Below, in pieces: positions 1-8,148 of a stretch of 64,000 bases of DNA. The DNA lies in the NCBI GenBank assembly GCA_030425645.1, contig JAUHZK010000004.1, positions 61,100 to 125,099 of the forward strand, written 5' to 3'. The stretch's first letter is position 1. Every line of letters begins with the position of its first letter. This DNA comes from Gammaproteobacteria bacterium. GTDB lineage: Bacteria; Pseudomonadota; Gammaproteobacteria; JAPPPA01. A program made the position numbers and the translations under genes. The notes under the pieces were generated by a model. That model saw only the letters and a list, made by a program, of their open reading frames with translations, searched no databases and was not told the origin of the DNA.

Positions 1-13
1 TCATTACCGACTA

Positions 14-418
14 ATGCCTGAGCATTCCGTCGTCGTTTTTGATGGTGTGTGTAACCTCTGTAATGGGGCGGTGCAGTTCATTCTTAAACGCGACCCTAAG
101 CAGCGTTTTATTTTTTGCCCGGCGCAAAGTGCCTATGCTCAGGCACAGCTGGCAGAGCATGGGCTGCAAGATCTCGGCTTAGAAAGTTTTGTTTTGATCG
201 AAAACCAGCAGGCCTATTTACGCACCGATGCGGCGCTGCGGATTGCGCGACAGCTGTCCGGCCTGTGGTTTCTGTTTGGTATTTTTTGGCTAGTGCCGCG
301 GCCGCTGCGCGACTGGTTTTATAACGCCTTAGGCCGCCGCCGTTACCAGTGGTTTGGTAAACGCCAGCAGTGCATGTTGCCTACTGACGAGCTAATGCAG
401 CGTTTCCGCCTAGAGTAG
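14..418 (+). CDS. Thiol-disulfide oxidoreductase, DCC family (DUF393)
   Basis: 134-aa ORF. N-terminal VVFDGVCNLCNGAVQF (CxxC) is typical of DCC/DUF393 proteins. Confidence 0.75.
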   Translation: MPEHSVVVFDGVCNLCNGAVQFILKRDPKQRFIFCPAQSAYAQAQLAEHGLQDLGLESFVLIENQQAYLRTDAALRIARQLSGLWFLFGIFWLVPRPLRDWFYNALGRRRYQWFGKRQQCMLPTDELMQRFRLE

Positions 419-442
419 CGGCCCCGGTATCGCTAACTTGAA

Positions 443-1234
443 CTAGCTAAGGCGGTCTAATCGCAGACGCTGGCGCTCGTCGAAAAGGCTTCTTGATAGC
501 CAAGTGAGGGCCAACAAGGTGCCAAAGCCGGTGCCGGCGGAAACAATAAACATAATCAAGATTTGGTAGCTAACAGCCTCCATCGGCGGCGAGCCAGCTA
601 GGATTTGGCCGGTCATCATGCCGGGCAGGCTAACAATGCCAGCGGCGGCCATAGCGTTAATCATCGGGATCATGCCGGCCCGTGCGGCTTCTTTAAGCTG
701 AGGCTGAATGGCGGTTTTGGCGGTTTGGCCGAGCATGAGTCGCTGCTCAATCTGCGGCCTTAATTCCACTACCGCGTTTTGTAGTCGGTCCATGCCCACG
801 GCAATGCCGGTCATGGTATTGCCCAGCATCATGCCGAGTAGGGGAATGGCGTATTGCGGTTTGTACCAAGGCTCAACGCCAATCACTACGGTGAGGGCGA
901 ATACAGTCAGTAAGAAAGACGAAACAAACATGGCACCGGTGCCGAGCAACCAGCCTTGCAAACCACGTAAGCGCCTTTTTTGGCGTGACATCACTTCGCG
1001 CCCAGCGGCGGCCAGCATTAGCATCGCTAGAGGTGCTAGCCATAATGGGGGCAGGCTTTCGAATAGCAGTTTTAGCACTAAGCCAATCAGGCCCAGTTGT
1101 AATACCGTGCGAACCGCGGCGATCAAAATGGTTTGCGTGACCCCGAGTTGCATACGCAGGCTGATGCCCGCCAGTGCCAGTACGGTGGTGGCGGCCAGCA
1201 TTAAATCCCAAGGGCTGAGGTGGATTACTGACAT
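443..1234 (-). CDS. fetB: Iron-export ABC permease, FetB-like (UPF0014/YbbM family)
   Basis: Track ORF 443..1309 trimmed to the ATG at 1234 (MSVIHLSPWDL...). Multi-TM protein. Its start overlaps the upstream ATPase stop in ATGTCAGTAA. Confidence 0.7.
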   Translation of the reverse strand: MSVIHLSPWDLMLAATTVLALAGISLRMQLGVTQTILIAAVRTVLQLGLIGLVLKLLFESLPPLWLAPLAMLMLAAAGREVMSRQKRRLRGLQGWLLGTGAMFVSSFLLTVFALTVVIGVEPWYKPQYAIPLLGMMLGNTMTGIAVGMDRLQNAVVELRPQIEQRLMLGQTAKTAIQPQLKEAARAGMIPMINAMAAAGIVSLPGMMTGQILAGSPPMEAVSYQILIMFIVSAGTGFGTLLALTWLSRSLFDERQRLRLDRLS

Positions 1235-1797
1235 TGCAGTACTCCGTTGGCGACACGCCATTGCTGCGTGGCGACACGTTGTCGCTGAGTGCCATCGTGT
1301 GACACCCAAATGATTGCGCGCGGCTGTGCCTGTACCCAGTTGCGTAACAGCGCCTCTACTTTTTCGGTTGCGCTTTGATCCAAAGCGGCGGTGGGTTCGT
1401 CTAATAGCAGTATGGACGGAGATACAGATAAGCTGCGTAATAGGGCAAGGCGTTGTCGTTCGCCGGTACTTAGGCGGCTAATCGGCTGGTCTAGTAATTG
1501 GGCTTTTAGGTTGAGACGGTTGGCTAAGGCGGCGTAATCAGGGGCAATCACTTCAGCTGCAGTTTCTGTCCACCAAACCGGCTCTGCGGGTAAATATTGC
1601 ACACGCTGACGCCAAACTGGGGCTGTATAGCTGTTACGGGTCCTATGGTTTAGCCAAACTTCTAACGTGTTGGGATCTAGGTCTGCCAGAGACCTTAACA
1701 GGCGGCTCTTTCCGGCGCCGGATGCCCCGTATAAAGCGATGGTTTCGCCTGGGCGTGCTTCGAAGTTGCTCGCTCCAGTGTTTAAGAGTGCGAACAA
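1225..1797 (-). CDS. fetA: ABC transporter ATP-binding protein, FetA-like (YbbL family)
   Basis: Walker A GASGAGKS, signature LSTGERQR, Walker B LLLDEPT. Small single NBD translationally coupled to the UPF0014 permease. Confidence 0.75.
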   Translation of the reverse strand: MFALLNTGASNFEARPGETIALYGASGAGKSRLLRSLADLDPNTLEVWLNHRTRNSYTAPVWRQRVQYLPAEPVWWTETAAEVIAPDYAALANRLNLKAQLLDQPISRLSTGERQRLALLRSLSVSPSILLLDEPTAALDQSATEKVEALLRNWVQAQPRAIIWVSHDGTQRQRVATQQWRVANGVLQCQ

Positions 1798-1808
1798 ACT
1801 ATCACCCT

Positions 1809-2615
1809 CTATGACAATGATTTGTGCTCTAGGTTTTGATCGGCACCATGCTCTTGAAACAGTGCGGGATCAAAGTAATGGGTGGAAACGACTCGGTCTA
1901 ATGGAAGTACAACTTTTCTATTTTCATACCATTCGCGCTCTGCCTCGCCGCCCGGTGGGAGTTCAGCAGGGGCATATATACCATATGATGTTGTGATGGA
2001 GACTTCTTGTGTTTCTGGTAAGCGAACGCCGCTGGCGCACATAATCATGGTGCCCCAAGTAATGCCTTCGTCTACTTTCCAATCATAGGGTTGCCCGGCG
2101 TATACTTTTCCTGTGTCTAGAGTGACTAAAATTAGACCGCTTTCTTGCTTCGCCGCCGTTATCCAGAACTCAAGGAGCTTGCTTTGGCTAAACAGCACTT
2201 TTTCGTACTGCTGTATGTTGAACTCTTTAGGGGAAAGGAGTTTGAGGCAGTACAAAGGGTGATTGTGTAATCTCCGTGAAAAAACTTCTCGGCAGTATGT
2301 AGTGACCCAGTGTATAAGAGAAATTGCTGGACTTAACATAATGCCGACTATTGCATAATTAACCAGCTCAGCCTGAGCGTACGGGGTTGGTAGTAGGTCA
2401 ATGCTGCGAGACCACATTAGGAGTTGGTGGTCGAATATGGCTTTATCTAGTCCTGACGCAGAAAAAGAGGCGATGGTGCCCCATAACGTAATTCGAATTG
2501 CAAAAATTCTAGGACGAGCTGATTCAGTTCGAAACTTTAGCGTCGGTGTTAAAACTATTACTAAGTAGCCGCTAATGGCTACTAGCATTAGAAATGCGGC
2601 GTATTGATACTGCAC
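1809..2615 (-). CDS. Hypothetical membrane protein (three N-terminal TM helices plus ~150-aa soluble C-domain)
   Basis: 268-aa ORF with a GTG start, visibly AT-richer than its flanks. No family recognised and no clear RBS. Confidence 0.5.
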   Translation of the reverse strand: MQYQYAAFLMLVAISGYLVIVLTPTLKFRTESARPRIFAIRITLWGTIASFSASGLDKAIFDHQLLMWSRSIDLLPTPYAQAELVNYAIVGIMLSPAISLIHWVTTYCREVFSRRLHNHPLYCLKLLSPKEFNIQQYEKVLFSQSKLLEFWITAAKQESGLILVTLDTGKVYAGQPYDWKVDEGITWGTMIMCASGVRLPETQEVSITTSYGIYAPAELPPGGEAEREWYENRKVVLPLDRVVSTHYFDPALFQEHGADQNLEHKSLS

Positions 2616-2637
2616 CGTTAGCAGTTACGTGGCAAGC

Positions 2638-2883
2638 CTACGCAGGGCGAACTGTATGCGTTCGTCGGAATTTGAGGTTCCTGGTTTTGCGGCGAGGTTC
2701 TTGGCGTAGTTGTTCTTTGCCAGATTCAGCAATGGCGTCTAAAGTCGATTGAAGCATTTCAGCTTTTTCTCTATTCGTTTCAAAAGCTAGCCTACGAGCC
2801 CGCGCTAGATCTGTGAGATCAACATTGCCAGAGCCCTGCCGAGCGATTTGGATGTTGAGTAATGTCGGTTGTTTCTTTGCCAT
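2638..2883 (-). CDS. Hypothetical small basic protein (81 aa)
   Basis: Co-oriented ORF 22 nt upstream of 1809..2615. Helical, with an Arg/Lys-rich tail. No family recognised. Confidence 0.4.
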   Translation of the reverse strand: MAKKQPTLLNIQIARQGSGNVDLTDLARARRLAFETNREKAEMLQSTLDAIAESGKEQLRQEPRRKTRNLKFRRTHTVRPA

Positions 2884-2978
2884 AAGTAGCTTGCTATAGA
2901 AGCTTAAGTAATTTCCTCTATGAGTTTTAATTTAATACTTAAGTATTTAAAAGTCCATGGGCAATAAGCTTGGTAAAT

Positions 2979-2997
2979 GTTATTGCAAATCATTCTC
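2979..2997 (+). promoter_or_regulatory. Putative Fur box upstream of bfd
   Basis: gttattgcaaatcattctc matches 14/19 positions of GATAATGATAATCATTATC and lies ~20 nt upstream of the bfd start. Confidence 0.45.
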
Positions 2998-3018
2998 ATT
3001 AGTGTTTAAATGCTTCGC

Positions 3019-3285
3019 ATGATCGTATGTGTATGTAAAAACGTCAGTGACCGCCAAATCCGTGCCGCTATGGCCAACGGGGCCGATACTGTGCGTGGCT
3101 TACGCAACGAGCTTGCAGTTTCAACCTGCTGCGGTAAATGCGCGCCGCAGGTGAAACAAATGGTGGATATGCAGGACATGAGTGCTGGTCAGCAAATGGC
3201 CGCTAAAGTCTCTTCTGCAACACAAACCACCGTACGCGACGCCGGTGTGCGCTTGCGTTCAGCGCTTTATCAGTCAGCGCTTTAG
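3019..3285 (+). CDS. bfd: Bacterioferritin-associated ferredoxin (2Fe-2S)
   Basis: MIVCVCKNVSDRQIR...CCGKC shows the Bfd cysteine pattern. The gene sits directly upstream of bfr. Track ORF trimmed to the second ATG. Confidence 0.85.
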   Translation: MIVCVCKNVSDRQIRAAMANGADTVRGLRNELAVSTCCGKCAPQVKQMVDMQDMSAGQQMAAKVSSATQTTVRDAGVRLRSALYQSAL

Positions 3286-3350
3286 TCCTAAACCCTTCTT
3301 TTGCTTAGTTTTTGGGCTCTGGCTCAGCTGTCATGCTGCCTGTAGTAATC

Positions 3351-3369
3351 CATAATGCAAATCGTTATC
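3351..3369 (+). promoter_or_regulatory. Putative Fur box upstream of bfr
   Basis: cataatgcaaatcgttatc matches 15/19 positions of the Fur consensus, in the bfd-bfr intergenic region. Confidence 0.45.
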
Positions 3370-3477
3370 ATTCATATTTGCCTTAAATATCAATAACTTA
3401 TGGATAATTATTGATTGCCATAGCGGCTTTCTTGGGCTAATCTATTGCCAATCTGAACACTATCCTGGGGCAAGGCC

Positions 3478-3954
3478 ATGAAGGGCGATCCAAAAGCAAT
3501 TGAGTATTTAAATAAAGTATTGGGCAACGAGCTGGTTGCGATTAATCAGTACTTCCTGCATTCGCGCATTCTTAAAGATCGTGGCCTAGCTAAGCTGGCG
3601 GCGGTTGAATACAAAGAGTCGATTGAAGAAATGAAACACGCCGACAACTTGGTCGAGCGTATTTTGTTCCTAGAAGGTCTGCCGAATATGCAGGACCTAG
3701 GTAAGTTAAATATCGGCGAAACCGTAGATGAAATGTTACGCGCCGATTTAGACCTAGAGTTTCGTGCTCACGCTGATCTAAAAGATGGCATCGAATACTG
3801 TGAAAGCATTCGTGACTACGTTACTCGTGATCTTTTCCAACACATCCTAGATGACGAGGAAGAGCATGTGGATTGGCTAGAAACCCAGCTTGGTCTGATC
3901 GACCAAGTGGGCATGCAAAATTACTTGCAGGCGCAAATGGAACCAGGCGAATAA
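3478..3954 (+). CDS. bfr: Bacterioferritin
   Basis: 158 aa. [31 protein letters not shown]... is a canonical Bfr N-terminus, and the ferroxidase E/H residues are present. Confidence 0.95.
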   Translation: MKGDPKAIEYLNKVLGNELVAINQYFLHSRILKDRGLAKLAAVEYKESIEEMKHADNLVERILFLEGLPNMQDLGKLNIGETVDEMLRADLDLEFRAHADLKDGIEYCESIRDYVTRDLFQHILDDEEEHVDWLETQLGLIDQVGMQNYLQAQMEPGE

Positions 3955-3977
3955 GCTAACCCCATAGCGCATAAAAA

Positions 3978-4001
3978 AGCCGAGCTATTGCTCGGCTTTT
4001 T
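3978..4001. terminator. Rho-independent terminator between convergent bfr and lipoprotein gene
   Basis: agccgagc-tatt-gctcggct stem-loop flanked by an A-run and a T-run, so it could act in both directions. Confidence 0.6.
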
Positions 4002-4020
4002 CTGTTTCTGTTTGCGAGAT

Positions 4021-4407
4021 CTATCGTGCCTTTTTGCCTAGCGCTGGGGCGATGGCGTTGGTAATCCGAAAAGGTCTCTGCAGATCCAGTCCTAATGTCT
4101 CAGGGTTAACAGCAACTTTCGCCACATAAGGCATGCGCCGGCACGGGTCTGCTTGTAAGCGCCAGAGTAAAACCTGCTGCTCGCCGTCTACCCACTCGGT
4201 GTTGCCGGCAATGTCTTTGGCTGTTGTGCAGCCATTGCTTGCAACGTTGATCATCAGTTGCTTGCCATCCACTTGGTGGCCGTAGTAGCTGATTGCATGT
4301 TGCGAAACATGGTTTTCAGAATCCGTTTTGTTAGCCGTATTACAGCCGCTGACGTTAAGTGACAGCAGCGCAGTAATAGCGAGAAAGGCGTATTTACCGC
4401 TACGCAT
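4021..4407 (-). CDS. Hypothetical lipoprotein
   Basis: 128 aa with a signal peptide and lipobox (LSLNVSGC). The start overlaps the protease stop in ATGCGTAG. Confidence 0.6.
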   Translation of the reverse strand: MRSGKYAFLAITALLSLNVSGCNTANKTDSENHVSQHAISYYGHQVDGKQLMINVASNGCTTAKDIAGNTEWVDGEQQVLLWRLQADPCRRMPYVAKVAVNPETLGLDLQRPFRITNAIAPALGKKAR

Positions 4408-6121
4408 GGTGACGCTGCCTTTGCCGACGCCATAAGCCCATGCCCGCTAATACAAGAAGCGCTAAACCGCCGGAGTGACCACCGCCGCCACCGCCGGTGT
4501 TGCCAGAGCCATTGCCGCCAGTCCCGCCGGTATTGCCTCCGCCTCCGGTACCGCCGCCTGTGCCGCCACCCCCTGTGCCGCTACCTGGAGTGTCGGCTAA
4601 TTCGATGTTGTCTATATACCCAGCGTCATCGCCGTCACTGACGGTTGTATCTTTTTCATACAGCCACAGTAGTTTGTCGTTGGTGCTTACGGAGTCGCTT
4701 ACCGTAGCCCAGCCTTGATCGCCTGAAATAGAGCTACTGATAGAGCCATTTTTAAGATAGCGGAGGAAGTCATACGTGGCTTCTGAACTAACTTGCCAGT
4801 CAAAGCTAAGGCTGCCGCTTTGGGTGACATAGGTCAGCACGGCAGAGAGTTGGCTATTGCCGATGTCGCCTGATTGGAGCGCGTTACCACCGGTCGTAAA
4901 GGTGTTGGATTGAGCAAGCCAAGCGGCGTCGCCACCTGAATAGAAATCAAGCTGTGGGTTTTCGGCGTCGTCTGCCAAGTCGCCGGCGGGCGCCAGTGAA
5001 TGACCACTAGCGGTGCCTGCGACAACCGTATTGGTTAGGTTGTAAGTGGCGTTAATGTCTGCCGACAATGGCCCGGTTGCGCCGTTGGGAATGAAATCAA
5101 CGGTGACAGCACACTGCGCTTGGGGCGCCAACACCTGAGAGGTGCAACTGTTTGCACTAATAGCAAACTGCGCGCTGTCATTGTTGGCGCCGCTGGCAAC
5201 GGTCACGCTGTTCACCGTAATAGCGCTGTCGCCACCATTAACAAGATTGGCGCTGATGCTGGCTTGGCGGTCACTGCCTTCAAAGCCGAAGTTAAGCGCG
5301 CGGTCGAAGCGTAGGTCTGAGAGGATGTTTTCAATCCAGTCGTTGAAGCTGGCGACGCGAGTGTAAACGCCTGGTACGCCGGCGTTAGCGCAGCCCCGGC
5401 CAAAGCTAACAATGCCGAGCACGTGCCAGTTGCCATTGCGAAAAGCCATCAATGGGCCGCCGCTGTCGCCTTGGCAGCTATCTTTGCCGCCCGCCGCAAT
5501 GCCGGCGCAAATGGTGCCGTCTGGCAAACCAGCATACGAGTTCTCGCAGGCTTGTTGCGAGACAACTTGCAGCTCAACTTCCTGCAATACCTCCGCATAA
5601 ACCGGCCCATTTTCGTCAACCACTCCCCAGCCGGTGACTGTCACAAAGTCATCTGTGTTCACTGACGCCATTAGGGTTTCATCAGCGCGACTTACGGTAG
5701 TTGCAGAGGCGCTGTTGTTTAGCCTGATAAGTGCAATATCATTCGCCAGAGTGGTAGTGCTGTAGTTTTCATGTACGAAGATCTGCAGTGCCTCGATCCG
5801 TTCGTCGTTGGTTTCAGTATCTTCTTCAGTAAGGTCGTGAATATTCACAAGGAGGTCGACAGCATCGGGTGTTGCGACTTGACCTTGATCGTTTACCAGA
5901 CAATGTGCAGCCGTCAGTATCCAGTTAGGGGCAATTAAACTGGCCCCGCAGAACTGGCCATTGAATGCGTCAGTATTGGGGCGCACCATCGCCGTCATCC
6001 ACGGCCACTCGCCAGGGCTAGCGTCGTTGCCGCCGATGATTTTTGGCTGGTTAGCGGCGCTAGCGACGAAGGTGACTGAGAAGAAAGCGTTGACCAATAA
6101 CGCTTTGCTGAACATCTGCAT
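4400..6121 (-). CDS. Secreted trypsin-like (S1) serine protease with GlyGly-CTERM sorting tail (VesB-like)
   Basis: Signal peptide. IIGG mature N-terminus. Catalytic motifs TAAHC, NDIALIRL and GDSGGPL. About 250 aa of beta-rich extension. Gly-rich linker, then GGLALLVLAGMGLWRRQRQR (GG + TM + basic tail). Confidence 0.85.
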   Translation of the reverse strand: MQMFSKALLVNAFFSVTFVASAANQPKIIGGNDASPGEWPWMTAMVRPNTDAFNGQFCGASLIAPNWILTAAHCLVNDQGQVATPDAVDLLVNIHDLTEEDTETNDERIEALQIFVHENYSTTTLANDIALIRLNNSASATTVSRADETLMASVNTDDFVTVTGWGVVDENGPVYAEVLQEVELQVVSQQACENSYAGLPDGTICAGIAAGGKDSCQGDSGGPLMAFRNGNWHVLGIVSFGRGCANAGVPGVYTRVASFNDWIENILSDLRFDRALNFGFEGSDRQASISANLVNGGDSAITVNSVTVASGANNDSAQFAISANSCTSQVLAPQAQCAVTVDFIPNGATGPLSADINATYNLTNTVVAGTASGHSLAPAGDLADDAENPQLDFYSGGDAAWLAQSNTFTTGGNALQSGDIGNSQLSAVLTYVTQSGSLSFDWQVSSEATYDFLRYLKNGSISSSISGDQGWATVSDSVSTNDKLLWLYEKDTTVSDGDDAGYIDNIELADTPGSGTGGGGTGGGTGGGGNTGGTGGNGSGNTGGGGGGHSGGLALLVLAGMGLWRRQRQRHHA

Positions 6122-6192
6122 GTGTTTACCCTAGAACATAAATTTTGACCCAAGCTCTATTTTAGAACCCGACCGAAGCTGCCGCAAATTTA

Positions 6193-7290
6193 GTGTCTGC
6201 CACGATTAAAAATCGCAAGATCTTACATATTGATATGGACTGCTTTTACGCGGCCGTAGAGGTGCGTGATGACCCGCGATTACGTGGCAAACCGGTCGCC
6301 GTAGGAGGGCGTGCTTCTGGTAGGGGAGTGCTAACTACGGCTAATTATGAGGCGCGCCAGTTTGGTGTGAGTAGTGCGATGCCAACGGCGACGGCATTGC
6401 GAAAATGCCCCGAGTTAATTTTAGTGCCAGTGCAGATGGACAAGTATCGCCAGGCATCGCAGGCAATCCACAAAATTTTTGCCGACTATAGCGAGAAGAT
6501 TGAACCATTGTCGCTGGATGAAGCGTTCTTGGATGTCACCGACTGTGAGCGTTGTGACGGCAGTGCAACCCGAATTGCCGCCGAAATTCGGCAGCGTATC
6601 TGGCAGGACCAACAGCTAACCGCGTCGGCCGGTATTTCGGTCAATAAATTCGTTGCCAAGGTCGCATCAGACTGGAATAAGCCCAACGGTCAAACGGTAA
6701 TTCCGCCGGAGCAAGTCGATGCTTTTGTCGCAGCCTTGCCAGTGGGAAAGGTGTTTGGTGTTGGCAAAGTGACTGAGGCCAAATTGCATGATTTACAGGT
6801 TAATACCTGCGGTGATTTGCGGCGCTTCACTGAACTAGAGCTGCAGCAACGGTTTGGCAGCTTTGGTGCGCGTTTGTACCGATTATGCAGAGGGATAGAC
6901 AACCGCCCAGTACGACCCAATCGCGTGCGAAAGTCGCTAAGTGTGGAGCGCACTTTTGCAGAGGACAGGGCAGATAGCGCTGCGCTGTTGGAGCAGCTGC
7001 CAGAACTGTTGGTCGAGTTAGAACGTCGTTACGCTAAGCAACAGAAGCGATATGCCATCAATGGCATTTTTGTAAAACTCAAATTTCATGATTTTCAGAC
7101 CACCACAATGGAGCATTCCGGGCGCTACTTTTGGGATCAAGCCTTGTTGCGAAGGGAGTTTGCGCAGCTAATTGAACAGGCGTGGTTACGAGGGCAGCGC
7201 CCGGTACGCTTGCTTGGCCTTGGCTTCCGTTTTGTAGAGCTAGATACCGCGGCCAACCAACTGGATTTATTTACGAATGCCGAAGATTGA
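6193..7290 (+). CDS. dinB: DNA polymerase IV
   Basis: KILHIDMDCFYAAVE, SLDEAFLDVT and the remaining Y-family motifs are present. GTG start. Confidence 0.95.
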   Translation: MSATIKNRKILHIDMDCFYAAVEVRDDPRLRGKPVAVGGRASGRGVLTTANYEARQFGVSSAMPTATALRKCPELILVPVQMDKYRQASQAIHKIFADYSEKIEPLSLDEAFLDVTDCERCDGSATRIAAEIRQRIWQDQQLTASAGISVNKFVAKVASDWNKPNGQTVIPPEQVDAFVAALPVGKVFGVGKVTEAKLHDLQVNTCGDLRRFTELELQQRFGSFGARLYRLCRGIDNRPVRPNRVRKSLSVERTFAEDRADSAALLEQLPELLVELERRYAKQQKRYAINGIFVKLKFHDFQTTTMEHSGRYFWDQALLRREFAQLIEQAWLRGQRPVRLLGLGFRFVELDTAANQLDLFTNAED

Positions 7291-7543
7291 ATTTTTCCTT
7301 CGCCGAACGGGAGTGTTTGGCAGCTTGGGTGCGGCCATGGCTATTCTCATGTTCCTTGCCCTGTTCGAGGTCACGCTAAGCAATTGGCGCGGCGACACCA
7401 CCATCTGGGTGCAGCCCTTAGCTACCCTAGTGAACTGCCTATGTTGGCTGGCTTACGGCCTCGGCAAACAAGATTGGTTTGTGGTGACGCCGCAACTGTT
7501 TGGTATTGTGCTCGCTGTTGCCACATTAGTTGCTGCCGTATAA
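7277..7543 (+). CDS. SemiSWEET/PQ-loop family small membrane transporter
   Basis: 88 aa with three TM helices. NCLCWLAYGL...DWFV..PQLFG resembles the MtN3/SemiSWEET pattern. Overlaps the dinB end by 14 nt. Confidence 0.55.
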   Translation: MPKIEFFLRRTGVFGSLGAAMAILMFLALFEVTLSNWRGDTTIWVQPLATLVNCLCWLAYGLGKQDWFVVTPQLFGIVLAVATLVAAV

Positions 7544-8125
7544 ATGCCCTTAACTCAGCTACTGAAAGACATTGAAGCCTGCCAGCTCTGCGCTGGGGCG
7601 CTGGCGCATGATCCGCGCCCAGTGGTGCGTGCCAACGCGGCGGCGCGAATCTTGATTATTGGGCAGGCCCCAGGACGGCGGGTGCACGAAACGGGCATTC
7701 CTTGGAATGACCCCAGCGGTAAGCGTTTACGAGAATGGTTGGCGGTTGATGACGAAACGTTCTACGACGCCAGCCAGATAGCGATTATGCCAATGGGTTT
7801 CTGTTTTCCCGGTACTGGAAAATCGGGTGATCTGCCGCCGCGGCCAGAATGCGCCCCGGCTTGGCACCAAAAGTTGTTGTCTGAGCTGCCGAATGTCGAG
7901 TTAACCCTGTTGATTGGTCAATATGCACAAGCGCAATACTTAACAGACAAGCCGAAAACACTAACCGACACGGTGCGGAACTGGCAGGCTTGGGCGCCAC
8001 AGTATTTTGCCTTGCCGCATCCGTCACCGCGTAATCAGCTTTGGCTGAAAAAAAATCCTTGGTTTGGCGACGAAGTCATACCTGCCTTGCAGCAACAAGT
8101 GCATGATTTGCTAGCTAAAAACTAA
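7544..8125 (+). CDS. Uracil-DNA glycosylase superfamily protein
   Basis: CQLC...ILIIGQAPG...GIPWNDPSGKRL...HPSPRN motifs. The ATG directly abuts the upstream TAA. Confidence 0.75.
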   Translation: MPLTQLLKDIEACQLCAGALAHDPRPVVRANAAARILIIGQAPGRRVHETGIPWNDPSGKRLREWLAVDDETFYDASQIAIMPMGFCFPGTGKSGDLPPRPECAPAWHQKLLSELPNVELTLLIGQYAQAQYLTDKPKTLTDTVRNWQAWAPQYFALPHPSPRNQLWLKKNPWFGDEVIPALQQQVHDLLAKN

Positions 8126-8148
8126 ACTTATTATTTAAAGAGAGACCT

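Noticed and set aside
708-1313. 201-aa plus-strand ORF and 140-aa minus-strand ORF (873..1295) overlapping fetB
   Set aside because: These are alternate-frame shadows of a GC-rich membrane gene. Their composition is Arg/Ser/Pro/Ala-rich and they have no start context. The fetB frame gives a coherent TM pattern and is coupled to fetA.
4440-4600. Highly repetitive GGN/CCN tract that looked like a tandem repeat or array
   Set aside because: It is the in-frame Gly-rich linker (GSGTGGGGTGGGTGGGG...) of the protease before its GlyGly-CTERM anchor. The units are irregular and there is no spacer structure.
4497-5665. Cluster of 60-80-aa ORFs on both strands inside the protease gene
   Set aside because: All are nested in a 573-aa ORF with clear S1 protease motifs. 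They are Pro/Ala/Arg-rich antisense or off-frame artefacts.
6122-6192. Expected LexA (SOS) box upstream of dinB
   Set aside because: No CTGT-N8-ACAG-like sequence is visible, so no feature is reported. A PWM scan could still find a degenerate site.
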